Assembly (NCBI GenBank): GCA_030390025.1
Contig: CM059432.1
Span: 21,144,001-21,208,000 of the forward strand
Source of the DNA: Squalus acanthias
Lineage: Eukaryota
Length of the DNA stretch: 64,000 bases
Reading direction: 5' to 3'
Part shown: positions 38,609-50,934 of the stretch, one piece after another
How the letters are laid out: each line of letters opens with the position of its first letter
Numbering within the stretch: position 1 is the first letter of the stretch
Made by a program: the position numbers and the translations under genes
The notes under the pieces: model-generated
The model's database searches: none
Seen by the model: the letters and a program-made list of their open reading frames with translations, nothing else
What the model was told of the DNA's origin: nothing

Positions 38609-41600
38609 GTAAGTACGGTGCTTTCTAACTGAATTATTAACTGTTCACTGTATTCAGGTTGCCTCTAGCACAGTGCTCAGTGGAATGGCCTGGTAACTGT
38701 AGAGTTTTCTCAATGGGAGTCCTGGAACTCAGTGATTTCACAGCAATACATTCTATGTGCCATGGACTAAATACAGAGAGAACAGCTTTAATGGAAAGAT
38801 GTATCTGACAGAGGTCGTGACAGACAGCTAATCTTCACTTATGTTTGTTTACAAGACCCTCTTTGTGGTCTACACTTGACTTCTGTAATCACTTAAGCTT
38901 TGTGCTTGCCTGTTTTCCTTCCTCATTTTTTGTCAATCACACAGAAACGTTGGGCTGGAATTTACCAACCTCAGTGGGTTCGTGGCAGGCGACGTCGGTG
39001 GCGGGTCCCGGCCCCACTGCCGACTCCAGCCTGCTCTGTAGAATGAATTTACCATGATTGGGCTTGTTAAGCCAACCCAGTGAGTTTCCCGGCCAATTGA
39101 AGGAAGCGGGTCTGATGACGTCATTTGATGACGCATCATCAGCCGGTTTCCTTAAAGGGACCATGCGCAAATTTATTTTGACATTTGTGCTGTCAGTGTT
39201 CTACAGCATTGAGGTGCTGCAAACACTGACAAGCATTGGACAGAGGTGCACGACTGCACCCAAGCTCTCCCATGACTCCCTCCATAAGCATACAAGGAGG
39301 TCTTCTTCCCTTCCCATGGGTGGAGAAGACCTCCCTAGAATATCAACACAGCCTGGTTTCACATTGCACAGGAGGACACAAGCAGGGATGTGGTCAGGAG
39401 GACCTGGGTGCAGTGCCGCAAACCTTTCAATGATCTCAGTAGATCATGAAACGTTAGTACAAAGCCACACTCAACTTCATCCTGCTGTGCCTTTCATCAC
39501 ATCCCCATCACTCTGCCTTCCCTACCCTACTCCTGCACATCCTTACTCACACCAACATACCTTGCACCTCCACCCATTCCTCTCTATCTACATTATCACA
39601 TCCCCATCTCACTAGCCACCCCTCACACGCACTCTCATCCTAGTCCAATCATACCAACTAACAACACACAAGGGTAGGCACTTGGGCATTTTATCCAATG
39701 TTCATGTAAAGTTTCTGTTAATGTGCTGTCAAACATTGAAACCTTTATTTTGAACACTTTGCGTTCTTGGACAGATTTGTGTGCGTCTTTGGAAGTGGCT
39801 TAGTGAGTTGCAGTGAATGATGAGACATAACGATACCCCCCGCAATGATGAGTGTGAAAGGAATGGCTTGGGCATTACATAGGATATACGGCACAGAAAC
39901 AGGCCATTCGGCCCAACCAGTCCATGCTGGCGTTTATGCTCCACTCGAGCTTCCTCCCACCTTCCCTCATCTAAATCTATCAGCATAACCCTCTATTCCT
40001 TTCTCCCTCATATGCTTGTCTAGCCTCCCCTTAAATGCATCTATACTATTCGCGAGTTCCACATTCTCACCACTCTCAGGGTAAAGATGTTTCTTCTGAA
40101 TTCCCTATTGGATTTCTTGGTGACTATATATGGCCTCTAGTTATGTTCTTCCCCACAAGTGGAAACATTCTCTCTGTATCCACTCTATCAAAACCTTTCA
40201 TAATTTTCTTGATATGTATACCCTCACATTTCTGGTATCATCCTTGTAAATCTTGTCTGCACCCTTTCCAGTGCCTCTATATCCTTTTCATAATATGGCG
40301 ACCAGAACTGTACACAGTACTCCAAGTGTGGTCTAAGCAAGGTTTGATACAGGTTTAGCATAACTGCTTTTCAATTCTATCCCTCTTGAAATAAACTCTA
40401 GAACTTGGTTTGCTTTTTTTATGGCCTTGCTAACCTGTGTCGCAACTTTTAGTGATTTGTGTATTTGTACTCCGAGATCCCTTTGTTCCTCTACCCCACC
40501 TAGACTCGCACCCTCCAAATAATAAGTGACCTCCCTATTCTTCCTACTAAATAGTAATTCCTCACATTTATCTGTGTTGAACTTCATTTGACAATTATAT
40601 GCCCATCCTGTAATTTGTTGCAGTCCTCCTCAGTATTGACTATCCCCCCCCAATTTGGTGTTATCCGTAAATTTAGAAATTATGTTTTTGATTCCAAAGT
40701 CTGAATATTTAATGTAAATTGTGAACAACAGTGGTCCCAGCACTGATCCTTGTGGAACACCACTACCCACCTTCTGCCACTGTGAATAGCTACCCTTTAC
40801 CCCTACTCTCTGCTTTCTGTCTTGAAGCCAGCTAGCTATCCATTCCGCTACTTGTCCCCTGACTTCGCATTCTCTGACCTTGTTCATCAGTCTATTATGT
40901 GGTACCTTATCGAAGGCCTTTTGAAAATCTAGATAAATTACTTCCACTGCATTACCATTGTCTACTCTCTCTCTTACCTCTTCAAAAAATTCAATAACGT
41001 TGGTCAAGCAAGACTTTCCCTTTTGAAATCCATGCTGACTATTCCTTATATTTTTGGTTTCTAGATGTTCTTCTATTTTCTCCTTTAGTAGGGATTCCAT
41101 TATTTTTCCTACCACCGATGTTAAGCTGACTGGTCTATAATTCCCTGGACATGTTCTATCCCCCTTCTTGAATATAGGTATTACATTAGCTATCCGCCAG
41201 TCTTTTGGCACTAGACCCTTTTCTAACGAATTATTAAATATGTGTAGTAATGCCTCTGCTATCTCTTCCGTTGATTCTTTTAAAATGCGTGGATGCAGGG
41301 GTTTTATCCTCTTTGAGTTTGATTAGTTTATTTAATGTATCCCCTCTTTTTACTTTAAATGCACTTATCTCATTACTAATCTCATCATCCAATGTCATGT
41401 TCACCTGTTCTATCTCCCTGGTAAATACTGAAGCAAAATAATTATTTAATATTTCTGCCATCTCTCTATCGTTACCTGTGGTATTAACCTGTCTATCCCT
41501 TAATGGCCCTATTCCCATCCCAATCTTCCTTTTTTTTGATGTGCCTGTAAAATATTGTACTGTTTTTGTTTTATGTTCCTTGATAATTTAATTTCATAGT

Positions 41601-42859
41601 TCCTCTTTGCCTTCCTAATTGTTTTTTTGACTTCTCTCCTAATCTCTTCATATTCTCCCTTATCATACCATATCATGTTCATGTACTTAATGTATGCTTC
41701 TTTCCTTACCCTCAATTGTTCTCTTATGGCTTTATTCATCCATGGAGTCTCATTAGTGTTTAGTTTGTTCTTTCCTTTTAGCAGAATATATTGTTCCTGC
41801 ACTCTGTTGAACACCGTTTTAAATGTTTCCCATTGCTGTTCTACATCGTTGTTTGCCAATATTGTTGCCCATTTTATTTTCCCAAGTTCTATTCTCAGCC
41901 CCTCAAAATCAGCTTTCCTCCAATCTATTAACCTGGTTTTCGTCATACTTATGTCCTTCTCAAATTATCATCTTAAAGCATATGGTCACTATTACCTAGA
42001 TGTTCCCCTACTTTTACTTCTCTTATCTGCTCTGGTTCATCCCCCATTGCTAGATCCAATAGCGAATCCTCCCTTGTTTGGCTTTTTACAAATTGGGTTA
42101 GAAAGGAGTCCTGTACACATTGTAGGAACTCCATTCCCTTATCCCCTTTACCTACCTCTTCTGTCCAATTAATATTGGGGTAGTTGAAATCCCCCATGAT
42201 TATTATTCTATGTTTTTTACTCATTTCCCTAATATGACTGCGTTTTTCTTCCTCCACCTCCCTTCCACTATTAGGTGGTCTGTAGACTACACCTATTAGT
42301 GTGATTGATCCTTTGTTATCTTTTATCTCTATCCATATGGACTCTATTTTTGTCTTGCTGATAGCTGCGTCACTTTTTTCTACTACCATTATGTTATCCC
42401 TAATAAGTACAACTACTCCACCTTCCCTTTTTCCCTCTCTGTCTTTTCTAAATATGTTATACCCTGCAATGTTTAATTCCCAGTCCTGATTTTTCTGTAG
42501 CCATGTCTCAGTAATCCCTACTACGTCTGGTTCTTCGCAACGCATGATTGTCTCCAGCTCCCCTGTTTTATTACGGACACTGTGTGCATTGCTGTGCAGA
42601 CAGTTTAACTCATCTTTAATAGGATTTCCTCTCACTTAATATTTAACCATCTTTTTAGACTCCTGTTCTATAACTCTATGTATTCCCTTACCATCAATGC
42701 CCTCCTTTACTTTATTCTTTCCTATGTTCTCTTTTCCTGTTTTGTTTATATTTATGCTGGTTACGTTTCTTGTAGATCCCTCGCCCCATCTTACCAGTTT
42801 AAAGCATTTGCCACCTCCCTATTTACCCTTTTCTCTTGGACACGGGTCCCAGCCTAGTT

Positions 42860-43200
42860 CATAGAAACATAGAAACATAGAATCTAGGAGCAGAAGTAGG
42901 CCATTCGGCCCATCGAGCCTGCTCCACCATTCAATACGATCATGGCTGATCATCCAAATCCAGTACCCTGTCCCTGCTTTAATCCCCACAGTACACATAT
43001 CCCACCCTACCCCCGTAACCCCACGTATTTAATTCCCCCTAACATATCCCATCCTATCCCCATAACCCCACATATTTAATCCCCCCCCTAACACTAAGGG
43101 TCAATTTATCATAGCCAAATCAACCTAACCCGCACATTTTTGGACTGTGGGAGGAAACCGGAGCACCCGGAGGAAACCCACGCAGACACGGGGAGAATGT
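42860..43200 (-). mobile_element. Truncated V-SINE (HE1-like) with CR1-derived tail inside CR1 ORF1
   Basis: V-domain GTCTGCGTGGGTTTCCTCCGGGTGCTCCGGTTTCCTCCCACAGTCC on minus strand; tail (TTTCTATG)n shared with CR1. Confidence 0.8.
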
Positions 43201-44309
43201 CCCATTGGTACAGCTCCTTCCTGTCCCAGAACTGGTGCCAGTGTCCCATGAAAAGGAACCCCTCTTTCCCACACCAGCCCTTTAGCCATGCATTAATTCT
43301 CCTGATCTGCCTGCTTCTATGCCAATTTGCATGTGGCTCGGGCAATAATCCAGAGATTATTACCCTCGAGGTCCTGCTTTTTAATTTAGAGCCTAACTCC
43401 TGATACTCTTTCAGCAGGACCTCATCCCTGTTCCTACCTATGTCGTTTGTTCCAACATGGACCACGACAACTGGATTTACTCCCTCCCTTTCCAAGTTCC
43501 TCTCCAGCCGCCATGAAATATCGCTTACCCTGGCACTGGGTAGGCAACACACCCTTCGGGATTCTCGTTCTTGGCTGCAGAGGATGCTATCTATCCCCCT
43601 AATTATAGAGTCCCCTATCACTACCACATTTCTATTCTTCTCTTTCCCCCCCCTTGGACAGCCTTCTGAGCCATGGTGCCATAGTCTGCATTGTGGCTGT
43701 CCTCCCTGCAGTCTTTCTCCTTGTCCTCACAGGTAGCGAGTACATCGTACCTGTTGGACAGGACCAGTGTCTGCGGGACCTCCTTCTCAACCTCTCCTAA
43801 ATCCCTGCTCCCCAGCTCCCTAACAGTCACACCCTCCCCTTCCTGAACCTGTGCTTTCCTCTGGGCTGTGACTGTATTCTGGATAAAACTGTCCAGAAAT
43901 TCCTCCTCCTCCCTTATGTGTCGGAGTGTCTCCATCTCGCACTCCGGGTCAATGACTCTGAGCCGGAGAGATTCGAGATGGAGACATCTCCTGCAGACGT
44001 GTTCGCTCGGGACAGTCTCGCCGTCCACAAACTCCCACATACTGCAGTCCAGACACACAACCTGCCCTGCCATATCTTAGTCTAGCCTTATTTTATTTAT
44101 TTAATTAGTTAAAGTCTTTATTCAACGATTATTTATAGTTATATTAATTAGTTTAACTAGTTAAGCTATAAATTTAAAACAGTACGTTGTAGTTTACCGC
44201 TCCTAGTATAAACCACTGTCCTAGGTTAGAGAGAAAAAAAAAGTTAATACTCACCAACCAATCACCAACCTGCTGTCCTGTGACGTCACTCCTTGATTTT
44301 TTTTTTTGC

Positions 44310-45268
44310 TCTCTCTCCTTCGCTCCCGCTCCCTTTATCCCCGCCACTCTCACTGGTCCCGCTCTCGCTCTGGTCCTGCTCTCGCTCGGGTCACCGCTCC
44401 CTTTATCCCCACCGCTCTCACTCTCGCTCTCGCTCTGGTCTCGAGCCTCGGGTCACCGCTCCCTTTATCCCCGCCACTCTCGCTGGTCCCGCTCTCGCTC
44501 TGGTCTCGGGCCTCGGGTCACCGCTCCCTTTATCCCCGCCACTCTCGCTGGTCCCGCTCTCGCTCTGGTCTCGGGCCTCGGGTCACCGCTCCCTTTATCC
44601 CCGCCACTCTCGCTGGTCCCGCTCTCGCTCTGGTCTCGGGCCTCGGGTCACCGCTCCCTTTATCCCTGCCACTCTTACTGGTCCTGGTCTCGCTCTGGAC
44701 TCGGGCCTCGGGTCGCCGCTCCCTTTATCCCTGCCGCTCTCGCTGGTCCCGCTCTCGCTCTGGTCTCGGGCCTCGGGTCACCGCTCCCTTTATCCCCGCC
44801 ACTCTCGCTGGTCTCGCTCTCGCTCGGGTCACCGCTCCCTTTATCCCCGCCACTCTCGCTGGTCTCGCTCTCGCTCGGGTCACCGCTCCCTTTATCCCCG
44901 CCACTCTCGCTGGTCTCGCTCGGGTCACCGCTCCCTTTATCCCCACCACTCTCGCTGGTCTCGCTCTCGCTCTGGACTCGGGCCTCGGGTCACCGCTCCC
45001 TTTATCCCCGCCACTCTCACCGCTCTCGCTCGGGTCTCGGGCCTCGGGTCACCGCTCCCTTTATCCCCGCCACTCTCACCGCTCTCGCTCTGGTCTCGGG
45101 CCTCGGGTCACCGCTCCCTTTATCCCCGCCACTCTCACCTGCTCTCGCTCTGGTCTCGGGCCTCGGGTCACTGCTCCCTTTATCCCCGCCACTCTCACTG
45201 CTCTCGCTCGGGCCTCGGGTCACAGCTCCCTTTATCCCCGCCACTCTCGTTGCTCCCACTCTCGCTCT
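44310..45268. repeat. GC/CpG-rich tandem array, 16 units of 45-68 bp (modal 65 and 59)
   Basis: Core ccctttatccc recurs at 44331, 44399, 44461, 44526, 44591, 44656, 44721, 44786, 44837, 44888, 44933, 44998, 45057, 45116, 45176, 45228. Confidence 0.95.
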
Positions 45269-47164
45269 GGGGGATGCTTTATGGTGTTGGTGTGGTACCA
45301 ACCTGGCGCATCATGTGGCAGCCAGGGTGTACAGCATCAAGTGAAGTAAATCTGGCCATGGTGAGGCCATCCCTGGCCTCCCGGGCAGCAATGAGGTCGG
45401 GCGCTGATGCCCTGTGTCCTGTGCCGCATCAGTTGATTGCAGAGAAGGTTGGTGGTGTTGCTGGTGTGCCTGGTGCTGCTGGTGTTGGGGCTGATCGTGG
45501 TCAGATTCTGAGGACCAAGGTGAGCGAGTATAAAGTGCACCGATGCTGATGGAATAGATGGCAGGTGAAGTAGAGATGACATAGCGATCTGTCAATGGTG
45601 GGAGAGGTAATGAGGTCAGACTGGATGGAGACTTGTGTAAAGATTAGCAGCATTCTGAATCTGTAGTGGAAATGCAGTTTAGAGAATCTAGTGGTAAAGG
45701 AAACATTTCTCAATCAGCTGGGAGCTTTGACTTGACATTTGAAGCTATTAGCTCATCAGCTGATTCAGTAGCAAATGACCTCCTGCCTCAGCTTCACAGA
45801 CGAGGTCTAGGCACAGCGGGAAACCGGTGGGCGACCTGTCAAATTCAAAAAGAAGGGAAACAAGCATTGATAAGTGACTGTAAACAAGCCACTAATGATT
45901 TTAATTGCCTCCCCCGCTCAGCGCTGACAGTCCCGACATTTGGTAAAGGCGCATGGCGACAGGTTGACAGCGGGGTCCCCCCCATTGTTATGGTCTACCC
46001 AATTTATTTAATCTACTGAAAGAAAGTTTCATGAAACCACTTCCTGACCCATAAAGGTAATAAAGTGAAATGAATTAAAAGTATCCCAACCTTGCAGCTT
46101 ACATTGTTTTGCACTGACTAGCTGCTTTCCACAGATGACATTACATGGTCCCAAGGAACATTAAAGGTTATAGAATGAATTAGATATAGGGTAAAGCTCT
46201 TGGGATCTTAAATAGCAGTCAGCTGTGTTTAAAAATGGAAGTTTTCTACAAGTTTATGATTAATTCAGCTGTTTTTCTTTCAATGTCCCATCAGTGTTTC
46301 TTAATTCCAATTTCAGAAGACCCAGCAGAAACGGCTTCGCTGAATAACAGTGCAATGTGGTGCTACATTGTGCCAAAGCAGAATAAGTTTTCTGGTTACG
46401 AGGTTTCTGAATTGAGCGGCCACTTTGGGTTGTTACTGCAGTCGGGCTGGGTGGGGGGGTTGGGAGGGGGCGCAGGGACTGGGCCAAATTGAAACTGAGG
46501 TTGTAAAGTGAACCGACCTTGTTCAGTGTTCTAATATAGGAAACCACCAAGCCAAGTCCAAGAGAGACTTAAGTCAAAATTACAGAATATGTGGGCCTGG
46601 AGTTTCCGTCACAGTTGCGGCCAGAGACGCACGTCATCTGGGCGCGAACCAATTACGTGACCTAACAGTTGCGGACTTTTAGGCGCAAGTAAGTTACGCA
46701 CCTAACTACAATATGCCCAAGTCTCCTCGATCAGTTACGTCCGTCCATCGGACCTTCCGTCTAAATGAATCTCTGCCGCAAAACTGGCCTCGTCCCCAAC
46801 TCTCAACTGCAAAGGTATTTACTTAGTCACAGTAGCATAGGGACCGTTTTGCTCCCAGGAACATTTGGTTATCTCTGTTTACGCATTTCAGGAACCGACA
46901 CCACTCGCACACAACTTGCGCAATGCAAAAGCAGCTTTAAATAGAAAGATAGCACTCAGTTCTAATGAAGCTTCCCAGCTGAAAGAATAATCTTTCTCCT
47001 TCAGATGCTAATCGGTCTACTGTGTACTTCCCGAATTTTCTGCATCTATCCCAGTCCCAGTCTGCCTTGGTGTTATGTGATTAGAGTGAACGTTGATTGG
47101 AATTCTGGACTTGGGTTCCCCTGGACTTAACTGCAATTAATAAGCTGCCCAATTATCCCAACAG

Positions 47165-47359
47165 CAAGAGAAGCAGACTCCAATCAAGCGGCCTTGGGAA
47201 GGAATCCGAAAGATGCAGTCTCCACCCACATGGATAAAAAAGGAACTGGATCCCACCCAACAGTCTCCCTTGGAAATGAGAACGGTGGAATGGGAGAAAA
47301 CGGGGGCAACGATACCACTCGGTGGACAGGACATCATTGACCTTCAGACTGAAGTCTGA
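47165..47359 (+). CDS. ADGRB1: ADGRB1 terminal coding exon [12 protein letters not shown]...[11 protein letters not shown]
   Basis: caacag|CAA acceptor (exact AG somewhat uncertain); ends in class I PDZ ligand QTEV then TGA; matches BAI1 C-terminus. Confidence 0.93.
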   Translation, partial: QEKQTPIKRPWEGIRKMQSPPTWIKKELDPTQQSPLEMRTVEWEKTGATIPLGGQDIIDLQTEV

Positions 47360-48100
47360 CCTGAGGAGTGACCTTTTTTTTTTATTTTAAAACAGATTGG
47401 TTTCTTTTGAAACCTTATTACAGTACAGATATCTTGTTCTCAGAGAGATATTGTTTTAAACCTTGTGATGCAGTCAGCGTCGTGTTGTCTCACTGCGGTG
47501 AGAAAACACGCTAGCGAACACAGTAACCGTAGTCCAGAAACTCTTATCAAAGACAGTAATGGGCAAATATATATATATATAAATATATATATAAATATAT
47601 AAAAAAAACAAGTAACTTCAGTTTAGTGTTGATTGCTTGATATGCAAGCATTTTTTGCATCAAAATTTAATGGCATTTTCTTGTCATATTGTGTATTATA
47701 TTAAAAAAATGAAATTTCAAACAGTAAATACAATGAACATACTTAAAAAACTGTGATGTACCTGTCAAGATTTTAGATATATAAATTGAAAGCACAAGGC
47801 CTTGGCTGCCCTGCTGTATAATATGTAATTATTACACCTATTGACTTTTAGCTTAAATATCTTTCTACTGTGTTTAATTTCCTGTTAAGTTAACAGACTT
47901 TAACAGTGTTATGTACAATGACAGAGTAAAGCTAATGTTATGCCATGTGTTTAATAATCGTTGACCTTCGGAGATTCTACTTTTATGGTTGGTTAAACTG
48001 GTTCTGGTTTCCTATATCTGTGTTTGTCAGTTTTATGTACAGTTTTCAGAGCACAAAATGAATGTCTCCTTTCTAATAAAAGTGTAAACTATAAGCAGCG
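47360..48100 (+). other. ADGRB1: ADGRB1 3'UTR with polyadenylation signal AATAAA at 48075-48080
   Basis: AT-rich, transposon-free stretch after the stop codon; canonical hexamer; end point inferred. Confidence 0.65.
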
Positions 48101-48550
48101 TACTTATTAAAGCTCGTCAAAACGGTGCAAGAAAAATCAGAGACTGAGATTTTCTAAAACCTAGACCTGCAGGAGTCTAAACTTGCCATTTTTCTCGTGT
48201 GATCAAAAGTTATGCAGAATCGTTTTTAACTGAGAGACTATCTCACAGTACAGAAAGAACTATTTGCTCATTAAGCCTGTGCCAGCTCTGTGAAAGAGCT
48301 ATCCTCTTAGCCCCATGTCCCTGTCTTTAGATTACTTCTTAAAATGGATATTTTTAATAGTGCTGCTGTAATATATACTGGCAAGACATTTTCCCTATAA
48401 TCTTCTGGCAATTAATCAAATCTGTAGTAAGACCACCCCTCCAACTCCCTAGTGAGTATAATATATTGTTTGGTATGGTACTTAACCATACAGACCTGGT
48501 GGGTCCGAGCTTCAGACTTAACCAATCTCGATTGAAGCAACAAAGACAAT

Positions 48551-49337
48551 GGGCTGGATTTTATCAATGGAGGCGGGACTGCTGGTTGTCGGGTTTCAGT
48601 CCTGCCCCCAACGACGTCCGGCCAACCCACGCTATTTTCCCTTGATTGACCTTGTTAAGCCCGCCCTGCGGGCTTAGCAGGCCAATTAAGGGAAAGCCGG
48701 TGACAGAACGTCAGCGTATGACGTTTCATCTTGTCAAAATTGGAGAAGCTGTCAAACACTGACAATCTCTGTTTTATGGTGAGCCCTTGCTGAAGACTCA
48801 CCAAAACCCATTTCCTGAGCAGAAATCAGTTGGCTGTTGCATTGGAGAATGCAGCAGCCATTCTGTCATCTCTGCCGTCGAGATGAGGCACCTCCGGATC
48901 CCCAAGGGTTGAAGCCTGCAGGAAGAAACAAAGGTAAGTAAACTTTTTATAACACTTTACACTCACCTCCCATACTTACCTCTCCACACTTGCACCCATC
49001 ACTCACCTCCACAGCGTACTTTTCGACCCCTCTGACCCCCGCAGACCCACTGATCGCCTCGCTGACCCTGGCGAAGTTCGCAGCCATCGGGAAGCCCGGA
49101 CTTGTGTGGGTAAAATGGGGATAAGCCACTTAACTGCCTGTTAACTACCTGTTAACAGGCAGTTAAGTGGCTGTAAACCCCTTCCCGCCTCGAGGAGACG
49201 GGTCCCTGCGAGACTCGGGGACCCGCCTCCCAGGAAGATGGCACGGGAGCGGGGTTGGTACCCGCTCCCAGTTTCTGCCATTTTCCCAGCAGTCCCGCCT
49301 CCATACCCGCCTCCCCAGGGCTGGCAAAATTCCCCCC
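48551..49337. mobile_element. Harbinger-type MITE
   Basis: TIR gggctggatttt / aaaattcccccc; 3-bp TSD AAT. Confidence 0.85.
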
Positions 49338-49571
49338 AATGTTGCAGTTGCAGAGGGAAAAAAGAAATTGCCAGGGTTCCTGATCGCTATCTCTTGATCC
49401 ATGCTGGGATGTACACGTGCATGAATATTAAGGTTGGATTGCATTCATCTATGATGCACCCCATGACAAAGAAGCCTGTCAGTAATCACTGTGAAGGCTC
49501 ACACATAGCTGACTTGCTCTTGCAGCTTTCCATTTAAAAACCAGACCGTCTGTTCTTTTATCTCCCTCTAT

Positions 49572-50120
49572 ATACAACACTACTTCGGCCCCAGCTGGAG
49601 TCTTGTGTCCAATTCTGGGCACCACACTTTAGGAAGAATATGAAGGTTTTGGAGAAGGTACAGAAGAGATTTACTAGAATGGTTCCAGGGATGAGAGATA
49701 CGTGGATAGACTGGAGAAGCTGGGGTTGTTCTCCTTAGAGCAGAGAAGGCTAAGAGGAGATTTGAGAAAGGTGTTTGAAATCATGAAGGGTTTAGATAAG
49801 AGCAAATGAGAAACTTTCCAATGGCTGATGGGTCGATAACCAGAGAGCACAGATTTAAAAGAACCAGAGGCGACATGAGGAAAAACTTTTTTCTGCAATG
49901 AGTGGTTAGGATTTGGAATGCACTGCCTGATAGAGTGGTGGATACAGATTCAATAGTAGCCTTCATAAGGGAATTGGAGAAATACTTGAAGAAAAAAATT
50001 GTACGGATATGGGGAAAGAGCGAGGGAGTGGGACTAACTGGATTGCTCTTCGAAAGAGCCGGCGCAGACTCGATGGACCGAATGGCCTCCTTCTGTGCTG
50101 TACTATTCTATGATTCTATT
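49572..50120 (+). mobile_element. CR1 3' fragment
   Basis: [26 protein letters not shown]; tail ttctatgattctat. Confidence 0.85.
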
Positions 50121-50194
50121 TTGCAACCTAAGAGGAGGGCCTGTGGCTGACAGCCCCTGCTGAGTACCTAGGACCAGGGACCTCTAAACATAAT

Positions 50195-50934
50195 GGCCCA
50201 AAAATTAGTGAGTGAGCCTTCGTGCGAGGGTAAGGCTTCCCCGCGATCTCTCACTGCGCGCTGGCTTATTTATTCCCAGCTCGCACGAACTTGATGTTCT
50301 GGACAGCAGCTGTGCAGGGCTTTCGTATCCCACAGGCGCAGTTAATTCGTGCGAGCTGTGGGATCACGTGACTCAGTTAGAGCCAATGGCAGCACACCAT
50401 CTTTCATTCATAGCTTTCACAGCACGGCTGTGAAAGCTATGAATACTATACCCCCCCAAAAGAACAGCTAAACCTCAATTAAATTAAAAAAAAACCATCA
50501 CATTAATAAAATAAGTATAGTTAAATAAATTAACCACTTTAAACAAAAAATTAAATTTTTGAAAAAATTTAAAATCTTTTAAAAAGTTATAAAAATAAAC
50601 TTACCTTTCTTTAAAGTCTCTAAAAAAGATATACCTGTTGAAAAAAATTCAAAATAATACTTAATTAACTACTTACCTTGTTAAAAGAGGGTCTTACGCC
50701 TCCTTTCTTTATGTGTAAAATGTTCCATGCTTACCTGCGCGTTCAAAGCACTAAGTGCACTGCGTGCGCGCAGCCTGTAGCGTGCACGCGGTTCACCTAG
50801 GAACCACCCCCTTTTGAAATCACCAAGTGCCGGTTTTCAACGCATGCGCAGTGCATGCAGAACACCGGCAATTGGAGACAATACGCGAGAGTACACAGTG
50901 CGTACTCTCGCGTAGCGGCACTCATTTTTAGGCC
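50195..50934. mobile_element. Multi-hairpin MITE, copy B
   Basis: TIR ggcccaaaaattagtg / cactcatttttaggcc; same motif order as copy A (gggatcacgtg, gccaat, aaataaacttacctt, cttacgcct, cggttttca, gtacacag.gcgtac). Confidence 0.8.

Larger units (their letters stand above)
39877..45268 (-). mobile_element. Near-full-length decayed CR1 LINE including 5' monomer array
   Basis: ORF1 44073-43200 (CLDCSMWE, GDSIIRG, HVGTND), ORF2 pieces 42635-40333 (EN and RT), 3' tail at 39877. Confidence 0.9.
38952..45985. mobile_element. Second copy of the deleted Harbinger/Myb element, split by a CR1 insertion
   Basis: 38952-39876 aligns with 16213-17172 and 45269-45985 aligns with about 17176-17920. Confidence 0.8.

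Noticed and set aside
39112..39141. CTGATGA as hammerhead core or snoRNA box in Harbinger elements
   Set aside because: No stem II/GAAA arrangement; it is a palindromic TGACGTCA-containing motif of the transposon
44310..45268. CRISPR-like repeat array
   Set aside because: No unique spacers and no cas genes; eukaryotic context
44280..45549. Three long overlapping ORFs (347-418 aa)
   Set aside because: Produced by the stop-free GC-rich tandem array; low-complexity peptides open in all three frames
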